Origin: an uncultured Actinomycetota bacterium
Lineage (GTDB): Bacteria; Actinomycetota; Actinomycetes; Mycobacteriales; Mycobacteriaceae
Assembly: GCA_963848185.1 (NCBI GenBank)
Contig: CAWKCR010000022.1
Coordinates: 102,019 to 166,018, forward strand
Length of the DNA stretch: 64,000 nucleotides
Reading direction: 5' to 3'
Shown: positions 40,258 to 49,992 of the stretch, one piece after another
How the letters are laid out: each line of letters opens with the position of its first letter
How positions within the stretch are numbered: the stretch's first letter is position 1
Position numbers and translations under genes: made by a program
Notes under the pieces: generated by a model
Seen by the model: only the letters and a program-made list of their open reading frames with translations
Told to the model about the DNA's origin: nothing
The model's database searches: none

Positions 40258-41583
40258 TCAGGCCAGCGCCGCCCGCACCGCGGCAGGCAGGTCGGGGTGG
40301 TCGCGGGTCAATTCCTGGCCCTTGACCACGCCCTCGATGTCTTTGATCTTGCTCTGCATCTTGAACATCTGTGAGTCGTCGAGATCACCGACCCGGAAGC
40401 TCTCCGGAACGCCCGCGGCCGCAGCAACCTCCGCGCCGTACTCGTCGGGTTTGTTGCCGTCTTCCAGCGGTGCCCAGCGGTGAAAGGCCTCGGTGACGCC
40501 CAGGTCGCGGTACTTGCCGGCGGGCCACTGCCGCGCCCCGCGCGTCTTGGCCGGGTAACCGCCATTTCGCAACGCCCGCTTGATCGCCTCGAAGCCCGCC
40601 TCGGCGGTCGGGAAGATCAGGAAGTTGTGCCAGTTGAACTTGTTCCGATACTGGCCCCAATCCGGACCACCCGGCACGCCGGTGATATTGCCAGGGTTGT
40701 TGTCCAGCCAGGCGAACGTGCCCGGGTGTCTCTTCATATGTGGCTGCCCACCGAAGATCACCCCGCCGGCGTGAACGACGTAGTTGAAGATCTCGCCACC
40801 ATGGCCGCCATAGTCGATGGGGTTGTGCGGGTCGACACCCCGAAACCAAGCCGTCCGCGGGATATCCAGCGCCGTAGAGATTCGTCCGTCGTGGTACCAG
40901 ACGTGGTCGCCGGGCCCCAACCCGCCCGCAGGTGGTGGCGGCGCGCCGGCACCCAGTTTGATCCAGGACGCATCGACTCCTTCGGCGAGGCCCGCGGCGG
41001 AGAAACCGGGCCAATTGTCGGCGATCGGTATGGGATAGTCCGCGGCGACTCCCGTCCCCACGACGTAACGGACATATTGGCCGCCCTTGAACAAGTACGC
41101 GTTGCCGTCGCCCCAGTTGATAGCCGCGTCGATGCTGTCACCAAACCCGGCCTCGGCCATGCCCGGCCAGTTTCCCGCGATCGGCGCCGGATGGCCGGGA
41201 TCTACTGTGTCGCTTTCGATGTCGTATTGAATGTATGCGTCACCCTTGAAGAAGTACGCCTTGCCGTTGCCCCAATTGATCGCGGCGTCGAGTCCATCGG
41301 CGAATCCAGTCTCGCCAAGCCCGCCCCAATTTCCGGCGATCGTTCTGGCCGCGCTGTCGACTGCGTTGCTCTGCTGGTCGATCCGCAGGTACTCGGAGCC
41401 ACGGAACAAGTACAGCTTGCCCTTTCCCAGGTCGATCCCCGTGTCGAAACCGCCCGCGAAGGCGGTGGCGTCGATACCCGCCCAGCCCGCCGTGAGCGCC
41501 TTGGGGTAACCCGCGTCGACGGTGTTGGCAACCGTGTCGTAACGCGAATACGTGCCGCCCCTAATGAAGTAGGCCTTGGCCAT
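40258..41583 (-). CDS. Hemopexin-repeat protein fused to an NNPGNI-type lysozyme-like domain
   Basis: Four repeats of DAAINWG.G.AYFFKG..Y..Y.....YP..I..NWPG, Pro/Gly linker, then NNPGNI...F.T.EAG...RWAP..N...Y. Confidence 0.8.
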   Translation of the reverse strand: MAKAYFIRGGTYSRYDTVANTVDAGYPKALTAGWAGIDATAFAGGFDTGIDLGKGKLYLFRGSEYLRIDQQSNAVDSAARTIAGNWGGLGETGFADGLDAAINWGNGKAYFFKGDAYIQYDIESDTVDPGHPAPIAGNWPGMAEAGFGDSIDAAINWGDGNAYLFKGGQYVRYVVGTGVAADYPIPIADNWPGFSAAGLAEGVDASWIKLGAGAPPPPAGGLGPGDHVWYHDGRISTALDIPRTAWFRGVDPHNPIDYGGHGGEIFNYVVHAGGVIFGGQPHMKRHPGTFAWLDNNPGNITGVPGGPDWGQYRNKFNWHNFLIFPTAEAGFEAIKRALRNGGYPAKTRGARQWPAGKYRDLGVTEAFHRWAPLEDGNKPDEYGAEVAAAAGVPESFRVGDLDDSQMFKMQSKIKDIEGVVKGQELTRDHPDLPAAVRAALA

Positions 41584-41615
41584 AACGCACCTCCTGTGTC
41601 AAATGTTTGTGCTGC

Positions 41616-44600
41616 TTATTCCGCCCATGGCCCACTTGGCCGGACGGTGTCGAACGCCAGCCCGCTTGAGCTCTCCCCGGTTCCAGGGGCTTTCTGCCTG
41701 CGGGTCCAGCTGTGCCAGGATCCGTCGAACCACCGCGCCAACACCGGCCGGCGCAGCATCACCACGCCCTCGCGCGGGACCTCTTCCTCGTGTAGCCACA
41801 GGTCGTCGGGAATGAGGCGTCCTTCAGGTCGTGCGCTGATCCCGGGGGCGTTCAAATCGGCCAGGTGGAAATGGATCACCTCGGGTTGGACCATCCGGGG
41901 AACCAGTGGGAACCAGTAATTGGGGACGACGGTTTGGACGCCGTAGGCGGGTAGCTCACCGGCGGGAACCGGTGGGGGAGCGTCCCGAAGCCAGCGGTCC
42001 CGTCGGTCGACGCGTTCTCCTCGACCGTCGGTAAAGCTGTGCTGGACGGCCCATACCAGGTTGGCCAGCTCGTCGCGGGCCATGCCCACCCGTTCCATTA
42101 CCTCACCGGTATGCGGTTGCGCGGCCGGCATCATCAGCAGTCCCGACGCGGCGGCGTGACCGGGATCCGAACTGTCGAGGGTGAACATCGACCACGTCGG
42201 ATCGTCGCGGCCGGCCCGCTCGATGAAGTGGTGGCGGTCGAAGACGTCGCGCACCAGCATCCTGTCGAGCACTGTGAGCGACCCAGCCGGAACCTCCAGC
42301 GGGGCGAGAAACCAGTCGTTGCCGTAGACGGTGGCGAAGGAAATCAGCAGCAGCCTGCCGGTATCCAGCGTGGAGGCATCTGTGGCACCCAGATCAACCT
42401 CGCTGTCCTCCATTTCCCAGAAGCGGTCCGCCGGTATGCCGCCGTAGCGAACCGGCGAGGGCAGCGCTTCGTCGGCGAAGGTGTATGGCGACCCCGCCCG
42501 GGCTGCCTCGCTGTCGGGGTCGACGTCGGCGCAGTACCAGTCCAGTCCGTCGGCGAGGTACTGCGAGATGCGCAATACCGCCCCGCGAGTGGACAATTCG
42601 GCCTCATGTTCGATCCGGTGCGGGTCGAAACAGTCCGGACTGTGATCGGCCAGCACACCCGACCACCATTGCCGCCAGCGTCCGGGGACGCCCCCAAGGC
42701 CCGCGCCGAAGGTGGTGTCGTCGATGGCCGCGGCCACCGCCTCCGCGTCGGGAACGCGGCCGCCCAGGGGGCCGAGCAGACCCACGACGGTGTTGTCGAT
42801 GACACCATCGGGCATCAGATGACCGGCGAGCCCGCCTGCGGCGGCGTCCAGTAGCCCGGCCTCATCCAGCATGTGCACGAGATGGGCGCCGCCCTCGGCG
42901 CGCAGCCGTTCGTCGATGCGCACCGGCTCGGCCTCCACCACCGCGTCCAGCGGGATCGCGCTGGGGGTATAGGTGAGCCAATCGGTGGTGCCGGCCGGCC
43001 GCCACGCATCGATGGGTGCGCTGCTACCAGTGAAGCGGACCCAGGCCGGGGAGCCGGCGTCCTGGGCGCCGAACTCACCGAACTGCCACTGACGCGTGAG
43101 CAGCCACAGCGGATCGTGGACGCGGGCAGCCAGACCGGCATCGACACGTTCGAGGGTGCGGTGGTCGGGTTCCAAGCGGATCGGGCCGGCTGGATCGAAT
43201 TGGTGGCCGGTTGGGGTCTGCATCCGGGTCAACACCACCCCGGCCGCGCTGTCGCTGGCGATCCGGATGGCCGGCAGCAGGGCGCGCATGGGCGGAAGGT
43301 CGTTGGTGTCGACGGCCCGCAGCTTGGCCCACTCCAGCGTCTCGCGGAGCACCTGAACCAGACCGTCCGATGTCCATCCGCGGTCGAGATCCGGTGGCAC
43401 GGCAAGGATTATCGAGTGCGGAGCCTTGGCGTCGGGCCGGTCGTAGTGGAACGCGATCCCGCTGAGCTCGGACTCCGGTGGCGACGTGACCGCGGGCGAG
43501 CCTGCCGCGGCCTGCCGCAGCCGATCGGATCCGGGCAACAACTCGACCCACTCGTCCACCAGAAGTCCGGTGACCGCACCGGGTGTCGGAGCAAACGGCT
43601 GATGCCACACCAGGTGCGTCGTCGCGCTTGGGCGGGTCTCGGCGCCGAACACGCCGCCCACCCAGGCGTCTGCCGCGTCGGCGGGATCCTGTGCAGCGAA
43701 CAAGATCTCGCTGCGCTGAGTCCGTGCTCCGGCCAATAGCATCGCCTCGTGCATCGTCCGCGCGACGCCGCGGACCCGGGTGTAGCGCAGCAGCCAGGCA
43801 TCGAGCTCTGATGGGGTGGCATCGGCGCGGGCCTCCGGTGCCGCACCAGTGACACGGGGAACCAGCGGCACATCGGCCCCCAGTACGTCGGTCAGCGCGG
43901 TCCGTGCCCGCAGCAGCCAGTCCGCGGGCGTTTCCGCCGGCGCATCCTCGGGTGCCTTGGCGGCGACGGCGGCCAGCGTCGCCGCGCGGGCATGTGCGAC
44001 GACGGCGGGGTCGGCGGCGAACGTGGCGAGCCGCCTCCGTACCTCGGTGACGTCGAGCGATCGGACGTCGGCACCGGGTAGATGCATCGGCAGCATCGGT
44101 TGCGCCTCGGCGAGCAGCGCCCGGATACGCACGGCCACACCGTGTAGGCCCACCCAGTCGTTGCCGCTGAAGGTGATCGCGGTGTCGGCGGGCAGGCCGG
44201 ACACGGCCAGAAAGCGGCTGCGCAGACCGGTCGGCTCGCTCGCGGTGATATCGAGAGTTGTCGCCAGCGCGCTCATTCCGGGCGTGTCGAGGCTCTGCTC
44301 GATGGGCTGGTCGCTATCGGCAGTGCCCGCGATCGTCCACCCGGAGGCGGGGCCGAGCAGGTGCGCCACCCATGCCTCGATTTCCGGCGCGAGCCTGGAG
44401 ATCGCATCGCTGGGCCATCCGGTCGGCTGCGTAGGCGCGTCGGGCAGCACCACGGCAAGCCGGTTGGTCAGCGCGCGGGCCCGGTGTGGGGTGATCAACG
44501 TGTGGAAGGTGTCGGGCACGTCCTCGCCGCGGCCGAGCGTGTCGGCGGCCAAGCCGGCCCGCACGGGGTTGCCTCCGACGAGCTGGTGCACGCTTTCCGC

Positions 44601-47400
44601 CAGCAGCAGGTCGCCGACCGCGTCCAGCGCGTCGGCCAGGTCGGCCAGGATGGGTGCGCACCCTGGCGGGTTCGTTGGCGACGGAGAGGGCTGCGGGGTC
44701 GCGGGCCAGCGCTACGCCGTCGACGACGTTGCGGGCGGCGATGGCCTCGGTGCTGCGGGCCCACAGGTCGGTGGCGGCGTCGTTGGTGGGAGGCTCGGCC
44801 ACAACGGGTGTCGGGTATTCCTTGCGGAAGTTGGGGATCTCGGTGTCCAGGTTCGCGTCGTGCAGTGCGCGTTCGAAGCGGTAGCCCAGCAGAGCGCCGA
44901 GACTCTGGCCCTGACGCACACCGCCGATCAGCCAGCGGGCGACGCGGCTTCGGCGCGAATTCAGGTTGACCGAATAGGCGTTCTCACCCGGATGCGTTTG
45001 CGCCCCGGATCTCAGCACCGCGGCAGCGGTGGCGTGCTGCAGCGACGGCGCATGGATGTAGCCCTGGCCGGATCTGATGGCCGGTAGGTCGTCAGGGCCG
45101 ATATCGACCAGGTCGTGTTCCTGCGGTGGGCGCAGGTCCTCCACCCAGCCGTAGCCGCCAATCCTGATTCCGTCGACACCGGAGGCGCGCAACTCGCCGA
45201 GTCGGCGCGATGCCAGCGACGTCGCCCACGCGTCAATGCGGTGGCAGTAGACGTCCATCACCTCGAGAACCAGTTCGGCGATCCGGGTGACCGGTACCGC
45301 CGCAACCGCGCGCAGCAGGTGTTCGAGGCGCGCGAGTGTGGCCGATGAGCGGGCCGCGTCGGCGATCTCGTCCTGCGGGTCCGAAGCGTTGTCCAGCACG
45401 TCGGCGACGATCTGGTCGACGGTGTCGTTGAGGGTCAACGCGGTGCCCAGTGAGTCGCCGTCCAGCTCCATGAAGGCCCAGTTACGCACGGACACTACGG
45501 CTTCGAGCAGCCCGCTGCCCTCCGGCATGTCGAAGAATGTGGTCCGGCGGGGGCCTACCTCGCTGTCGTCGCTGCGCAGTACAGGCCACGCCTGGTCGTA
45601 CTCAGCGGCGGACAATTCACCGGCGAGGAAGGCTTGTATGGCGTGGAGATAGTCGGCGGTCGCGGCCGCGGCGCTGGCAAAGCCTTCGTGACCCTGGGTC
45701 ATGCGGATCACGAAGTCCGGCAGGCCTTTCGGCGGTTGGGTATCGGTGCCCATGTCGGTCCAGGCATCCGTCGGAGTGGTCCAGCGCAGCGCGCCGTCGG
45801 GTGGCACACCGGCCAGGCTCAGAAACGACGGTGCCTCGTTGGGTGCGGTTCTCGACAGGGTGACTTCTGGGCCGTTGAGGCGTCTCATGGCCAGGCCAGT
45901 GGCCGCGGCCTGGCGGCTGAGCATGTCGACCATCACCTGATCGACCGATGTGCCTTCGGCGTTCGGGTCCGGGTTCAGTTGCCCGATCCGCGGAATGTTG
46001 CCCAGTACCTCACGCCACTTTTCGCGCAGGCGCAGCAGCCAGGGCAGCAGATGCGTGTCGGGCGCGTCGGCGCGGTCGGCGCGCCAATCGGTCAACGACG
46101 ACGCCGGCAGGATGGCGTAGGGCTGGCGTCCGACCCGCAGCATCGGTAGGGAGCCGCGGCCCCGTACGTGGTCGATGAGGTGGTCGCGGATGTCTCGCCA
46201 AGGCTGTTGCGAATCGACGGCGCTGAAGCTGCCGTTGGCGAGGTTGTGGTGGGCGACCGCCGCTTCGGAGAACTCTCGCCCGAACGCCGCCCACGTGAAC
46301 ACGGTGAGCCCGGTGAGCGCGTCGAACTCGGGATCTGTTGCGCCCGGACAGTTTCGCAGCAGCGCCGCGTCGGCCAGGCCGAGGGCGTGGGTAAGAGTGT
46401 CGGCTGTGGGGGCGGTGTCGGGGCCCGGATCGGGGGACGGCGGCGGGTAGGTCGGACGGGAGGACCAGCCGGACCTGCTGGTGGGAGTGTTGTTGGTCGG
46501 CGTGCCGGGTTTGAGCATGGCCAGGCCGGCGCCGAACATGTGGCCGCGCAGCAGGTCGGCCAGGTGATCGGCGCCTGCCGCTGCCGGCGCGTCACCGACA
46601 CCGACGACCAGCAGCTCGTCGAGATGATCCAATCCCTCTGGGAGGGGCGTGATCTCGACCGCCATGCCGTGTTTGACCGCCTCGAACCAGTGCACCGTCC
46701 AGCTCTCCTGCTCGTCAAGCAGGTCCAACGGCAGGGGATTCGGGATCGGTCGGCCAAGCTTGTCGATCACCACCTCGCCGCCGACGAGGCCGACGAAACG
46801 CCAACGGCGGGGCATCGTGACGGTGCCGCGGGGCCGGGCGTCAGCCTCGCGGATGACCGGCGGTGGTGCGCCCGGCCGGGTTGCATGGGCGATCCAAGCG
46901 GCCCTGTTGGGCCGAACGGTTGTCAGCAGCTGCTGCCACTCCTCGGGTCCGGGTGCCCGCCAGTACTGTGCACCGGACTGCGCCTCCACGGGCGTCAGCG
47001 CGGGGTCCAGCTTCGCCAGGTGCATATCGTCGGGATACACCCGCACCCGCAGCGAATGTTCGTCCCACCAAACGGTTTCCAACCGGACCGGCAGCAGCGC
47101 GATCGGGTCGGTGTTGTGGTCGGCGAACAGCTTGTCCTCGGCGTCGAGTGCGTCGGCGAGGGCTTGCTCGACGCTGCTCAGCGAGCTGCGGGTGTTATCG
47201 GCGGCCTGCTGGAGGGCGGCGTGCTGGGTGGCCGCGGCGGCGACCTGTTCGGCGGTGGAAGTCCCGGCGGCGGCGCGGTCTCGCAGGCGGCGCAGGATGG
47301 TGGCCTGGGTGTCGGCGGCCGCTTGCTCGCGTTCATGCCGAATGCGCAGTCCATCGACCAGGACCCGGGCCGAGAACGACGCTGAGAGCGGCTCAGCCAT
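41616..47400 (-). CDS. Giant (~1927 aa) uncharacterised protein, split by one frameshift at ~44660
   Basis: ORFs 44314-47400 and 41616-44591 join if one base is removed. Motifs LLPVRLET..VRVYPDD, GTPTNNT, GYIHAPS..HATAAAVLRSG, AESVHQ, ARVHDPLWLLTRQWQFGEF. Confidence 0.75.
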
Positions 47401-47439
47401 CGCCGTGCCTCCTCGGATGTGCCGCGCCGCGGTGCATTG

Positions 47440-49992
47440 TCATGGCCCCAGCAGGGTGGCGGCCCGGAACGCCAGTTGGAAAGGCTGCTGAAACGCGATA
47501 CGCGCCATATCGGCCGGATCCCTGCCCCACACCGGCGGATCCGGCGTGTCGGCCGGGGGACTCACCGTTGGTGCGGTGTCGGCGCGTACGCATCGGTTGG
47601 CGTGCACGGGTACGGCGTTCCAGGTCAGATTCGCCCAGGACTTCATCGGCCCCTGAACGCCGAGGTCGAAGCCGAATTGGGTGCCGCGCATGGGTTCTCG
47701 CAGCACGAAGAACCAGTCCTGATCGCGGGCGGTGTCTTCGTCGATGCCGGAGAACAAGAACAGCACCGTGGATTCGTCCAGCGGCAGTTGTATCGCGGGG
47801 ATGGGGGTGAATGTTTCTGGCAACCTGCCGTTTTCGCCCTGAACCGCCAGCAGCGCGGTGCCCGGGAACCGCCTCAGCACTTCGCCGCGCATCAGCAGCA
47901 CGATGCTCCCCTCGGTGCCCTCGCGGATCTGGCTGCCCAGCGCGGTGTCGACGGGCCAGCGGGCGATCTCGTCGATGTCGGCGCCGGGTGTCGGCCAGAA
48001 CCGTGCAAACGGTGTGCCGCGCTGATCGGTGGGGAACTCGCGCCACAACAGCTCGCGGTTGAACTCCTGGTTGAGGCCCACCAGCAGCGCCGCGACGAAA
48101 CCGGGATTGGTTTCCAGGATCGTCACCGAATCCGGTGGCAGGCCTTCGATGCCGGGAATCGCCCAGTCCGGCCAGCGCGCCAGGATCTCCTCGGCGACGG
48201 CCACGTGGAACTGGGGATGGGCCATGATGGGGCGCAGCGGCCGGGGCTCCTCGGGGGTGCGGTCGGCAATGTCTGGTGCGGCGATGAGACCGGCTATGCG
48301 CCGCAGCTGCAACGGGATCGGCGCGGTTCGTGCGCGCAGCTCGTCGGGCAGCTCCAGTGCCGGCTCGCCGGGTGCCAGGCCCATTCCGTCTTGGCGGCGG
48401 GGTAGTCCGGCCCCAATTTTCGATGCGTCGTTGGCGGCGCCGTCTGTCACCCGGTCGACGCGGCGGCGCACCGCTCCACCGGTGCGGGCCAGCCGCGAAA
48501 AGGCGGTCGTCGCCATGCCGTCGGGAACCTGCGAGTCGGCCAGGACGTCGGACAGCGTCGCCGATTCGTTTGGGGGAACCAGTCCTGGGCCATCGGTCCT
48601 GCCAAATCCCGGTGGCAGCACGACGCGGCCGGCCAGCGGAGCCATCGTGGTCACCAGATCCGCCGGGGCCAGCGGTTGAATGTGCTTGCGGTGACTCACC
48701 TCTGCGGTGACCGCCGCCAGCTCGGCGGCGGCCAGTATCCGGTTGGCCTCTCGGATCGCCCCGACCTGCTCCCAGGCGCGGGCCATCAGGAACTCTTGCT
48801 CGAGCTGGACGTACCGGGCGCCCAGCGCGGCCGCCACCCGCCTGCGCACCTCGAGGTTGAGTGTGGTGATCCAACCCAGGTCGTCGTCTGCTGCGACGGT
48901 CTGCTCACCGGAATGATGGCTGCCGTACAGCGGGGGACCGACCGCGGTGGCGTCGCGGTCAGTGTTCGGGCCGTCGGGAGTGGTGTCTTGGCGGCGGGCG
49001 GCCGGGGCGTTCAGCTGGTCGCGGAGGTCGCGGCGAAAGGTGCGCTGAAGCGTTTCGTCTGACCATTTTTCGGTGTCGGGCGGGCCAGGTACGCGCAGTG
49101 CGCCGTCGAGGGCCACCGTTGCCGGACCCGCGGCCTGTCCGGCCGGCCACGGGTGGCTCACGTCGACGATCCGCGAACCCAGGCCCAGCGCATCGGCTTT
49201 GGTGAACTTCAGCCGCCGAGCCAAGTCCTCGAAGCTGCCGGCTTCGCCGGTGCGAAATGTCCACCAGTGGTAGACGGGCAGATCGACCGTCGCGCGGCCA
49301 TCGGCGGGTGGCCACGCCTTGTCGGCGGGCGCGGCCACGGCCGCATTGCCCAGGCCCGCACTCACGCCTGCCGCGGTCGCGGGCACGACCGCGGCGATCC
49401 ACGTCTTGTGCGGCTCGAGGCGGCGCGGACACACCAGCCGCGCCACGACCGCCGCGGAGCGGGTGCGCACACCGTCGGTGGCGATCTTCTCCGCGGTCCC
49501 GACATCTTGCACCGTGTCGTCGAGGCGGGCCTCGACATGGGCCCAGGCCCAGCTTTCGTCGAGCGGCGGCAGGGCGGCATGCGGAGCGGTGAGGATCGGC
49601 AGCGGGTTGGCGTCTCGTGGCGGGGTGGCCTCGTCGGTGGACAACACCACCAGCACGATCCACGGAAAGGGTTGGGCCGCAGCGCCTCCCGGCCGCTCCC
49701 GGAGCGACACCAGCCAGGGTAGGTCAGCGTAGGCCAATTCGACGCTGGCCAGGATGTTTTCGGCGACCGAAGTGGTGCCTGGTGGCGGCTCCTCGCGCAT
49801 GATGAGTCCGCGCTCGATGCCGGCGACATGGCCCGGGCCTGCCAGCCGCAGATCGGGGCCCGGCGCGGTGATATCTGAAGCGCCACCACCCATTTGGCGG
49901 TTGAACGTCACCTGGGTCTTGAGTGCCGGCCCGGCCGACACCCCCGCGGCCACCCCATGGCGGGCTGAGGAGAAGAACCACCGCGTGCTCAC
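47440..49992 (-). CDS. Large (~850 aa) uncharacterised protein
   Basis: GTGA overlap with the upstream gene; motifs ADLPW, WAWAHV, RLVCPRRL, LPVYHWWTFRTG..GSFEDLARRL, RELLWREFPTDQRGT. Confidence 0.8.
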   Translation of the reverse strand: MSTRWFFSSARHGVAAGVSAGPALKTQVTFNRQMGGGASDITAPGPDLRLAGPGHVAGIERGLIMREEPPPGTTSVAENILASVELAYADLPWLVSLRERPGGAAAQPFPWIVLVVLSTDEATPPRDANPLPILTAPHAALPPLDESWAWAHVEARLDDTVQDVGTAEKIATDGVRTRSAAVVARLVCPRRLEPHKTWIAAVVPATAAGVSAGLGNAAVAAPADKAWPPADGRATVDLPVYHWWTFRTGEAGSFEDLARRLKFTKADALGLGSRIVDVSHPWPAGQAAGPATVALDGALRVPGPPDTEKWSDETLQRTFRRDLRDQLNAPAARRQDTTPDGPNTDRDATAVGPPLYGSHHSGEQTVAADDDLGWITTLNLEVRRRVAAALGARYVQLEQEFLMARAWEQVGAIREANRILAAAELAAVTAEVSHRKHIQPLAPADLVTTMAPLAGRVVLPPGFGRTDGPGLVPPNESATLSDVLADSQVPDGMATTAFSRLARTGGAVRRRVDRVTDGAANDASKIGAGLPRRQDGMGLAPGEPALELPDELRARTAPIPLQLRRIAGLIAAPDIADRTPEEPRPLRPIMAHPQFHVAVAEEILARWPDWAIPGIEGLPPDSVTILETNPGFVAALLVGLNQEFNRELLWREFPTDQRGTPFARFWPTPGADIDEIARWPVDTALGSQIREGTEGSIVLLMRGEVLRRFPGTALLAVQGENGRLPETFTPIPAIQLPLDESTVLFLFSGIDEDTARDQDWFFVLREPMRGTQFGFDLGVQGPMKSWANLTWNAVPVHANRCVRADTAPTVSPPADTPDPPVWGRDPADMARIAFQQPFQLAFRAATLLGP

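Noticed and set aside
44650-44670. Programmed ribosomal frameshift in the giant ORF
   Set aside because: No slippery heptamer at the site; similar homopolymer indels in recB point to sequencing error instead.
47393-48874. 493 aa minus-strand ORF and other long Arg/Gly/Pro-rich overlapping ORFs (e.g. 40480-41919, 25574-26986, 55477-56799)
   Set aside because: Shadow frames of real genes in high-GC DNA, with no motifs and the composition expected of off-frame translation.
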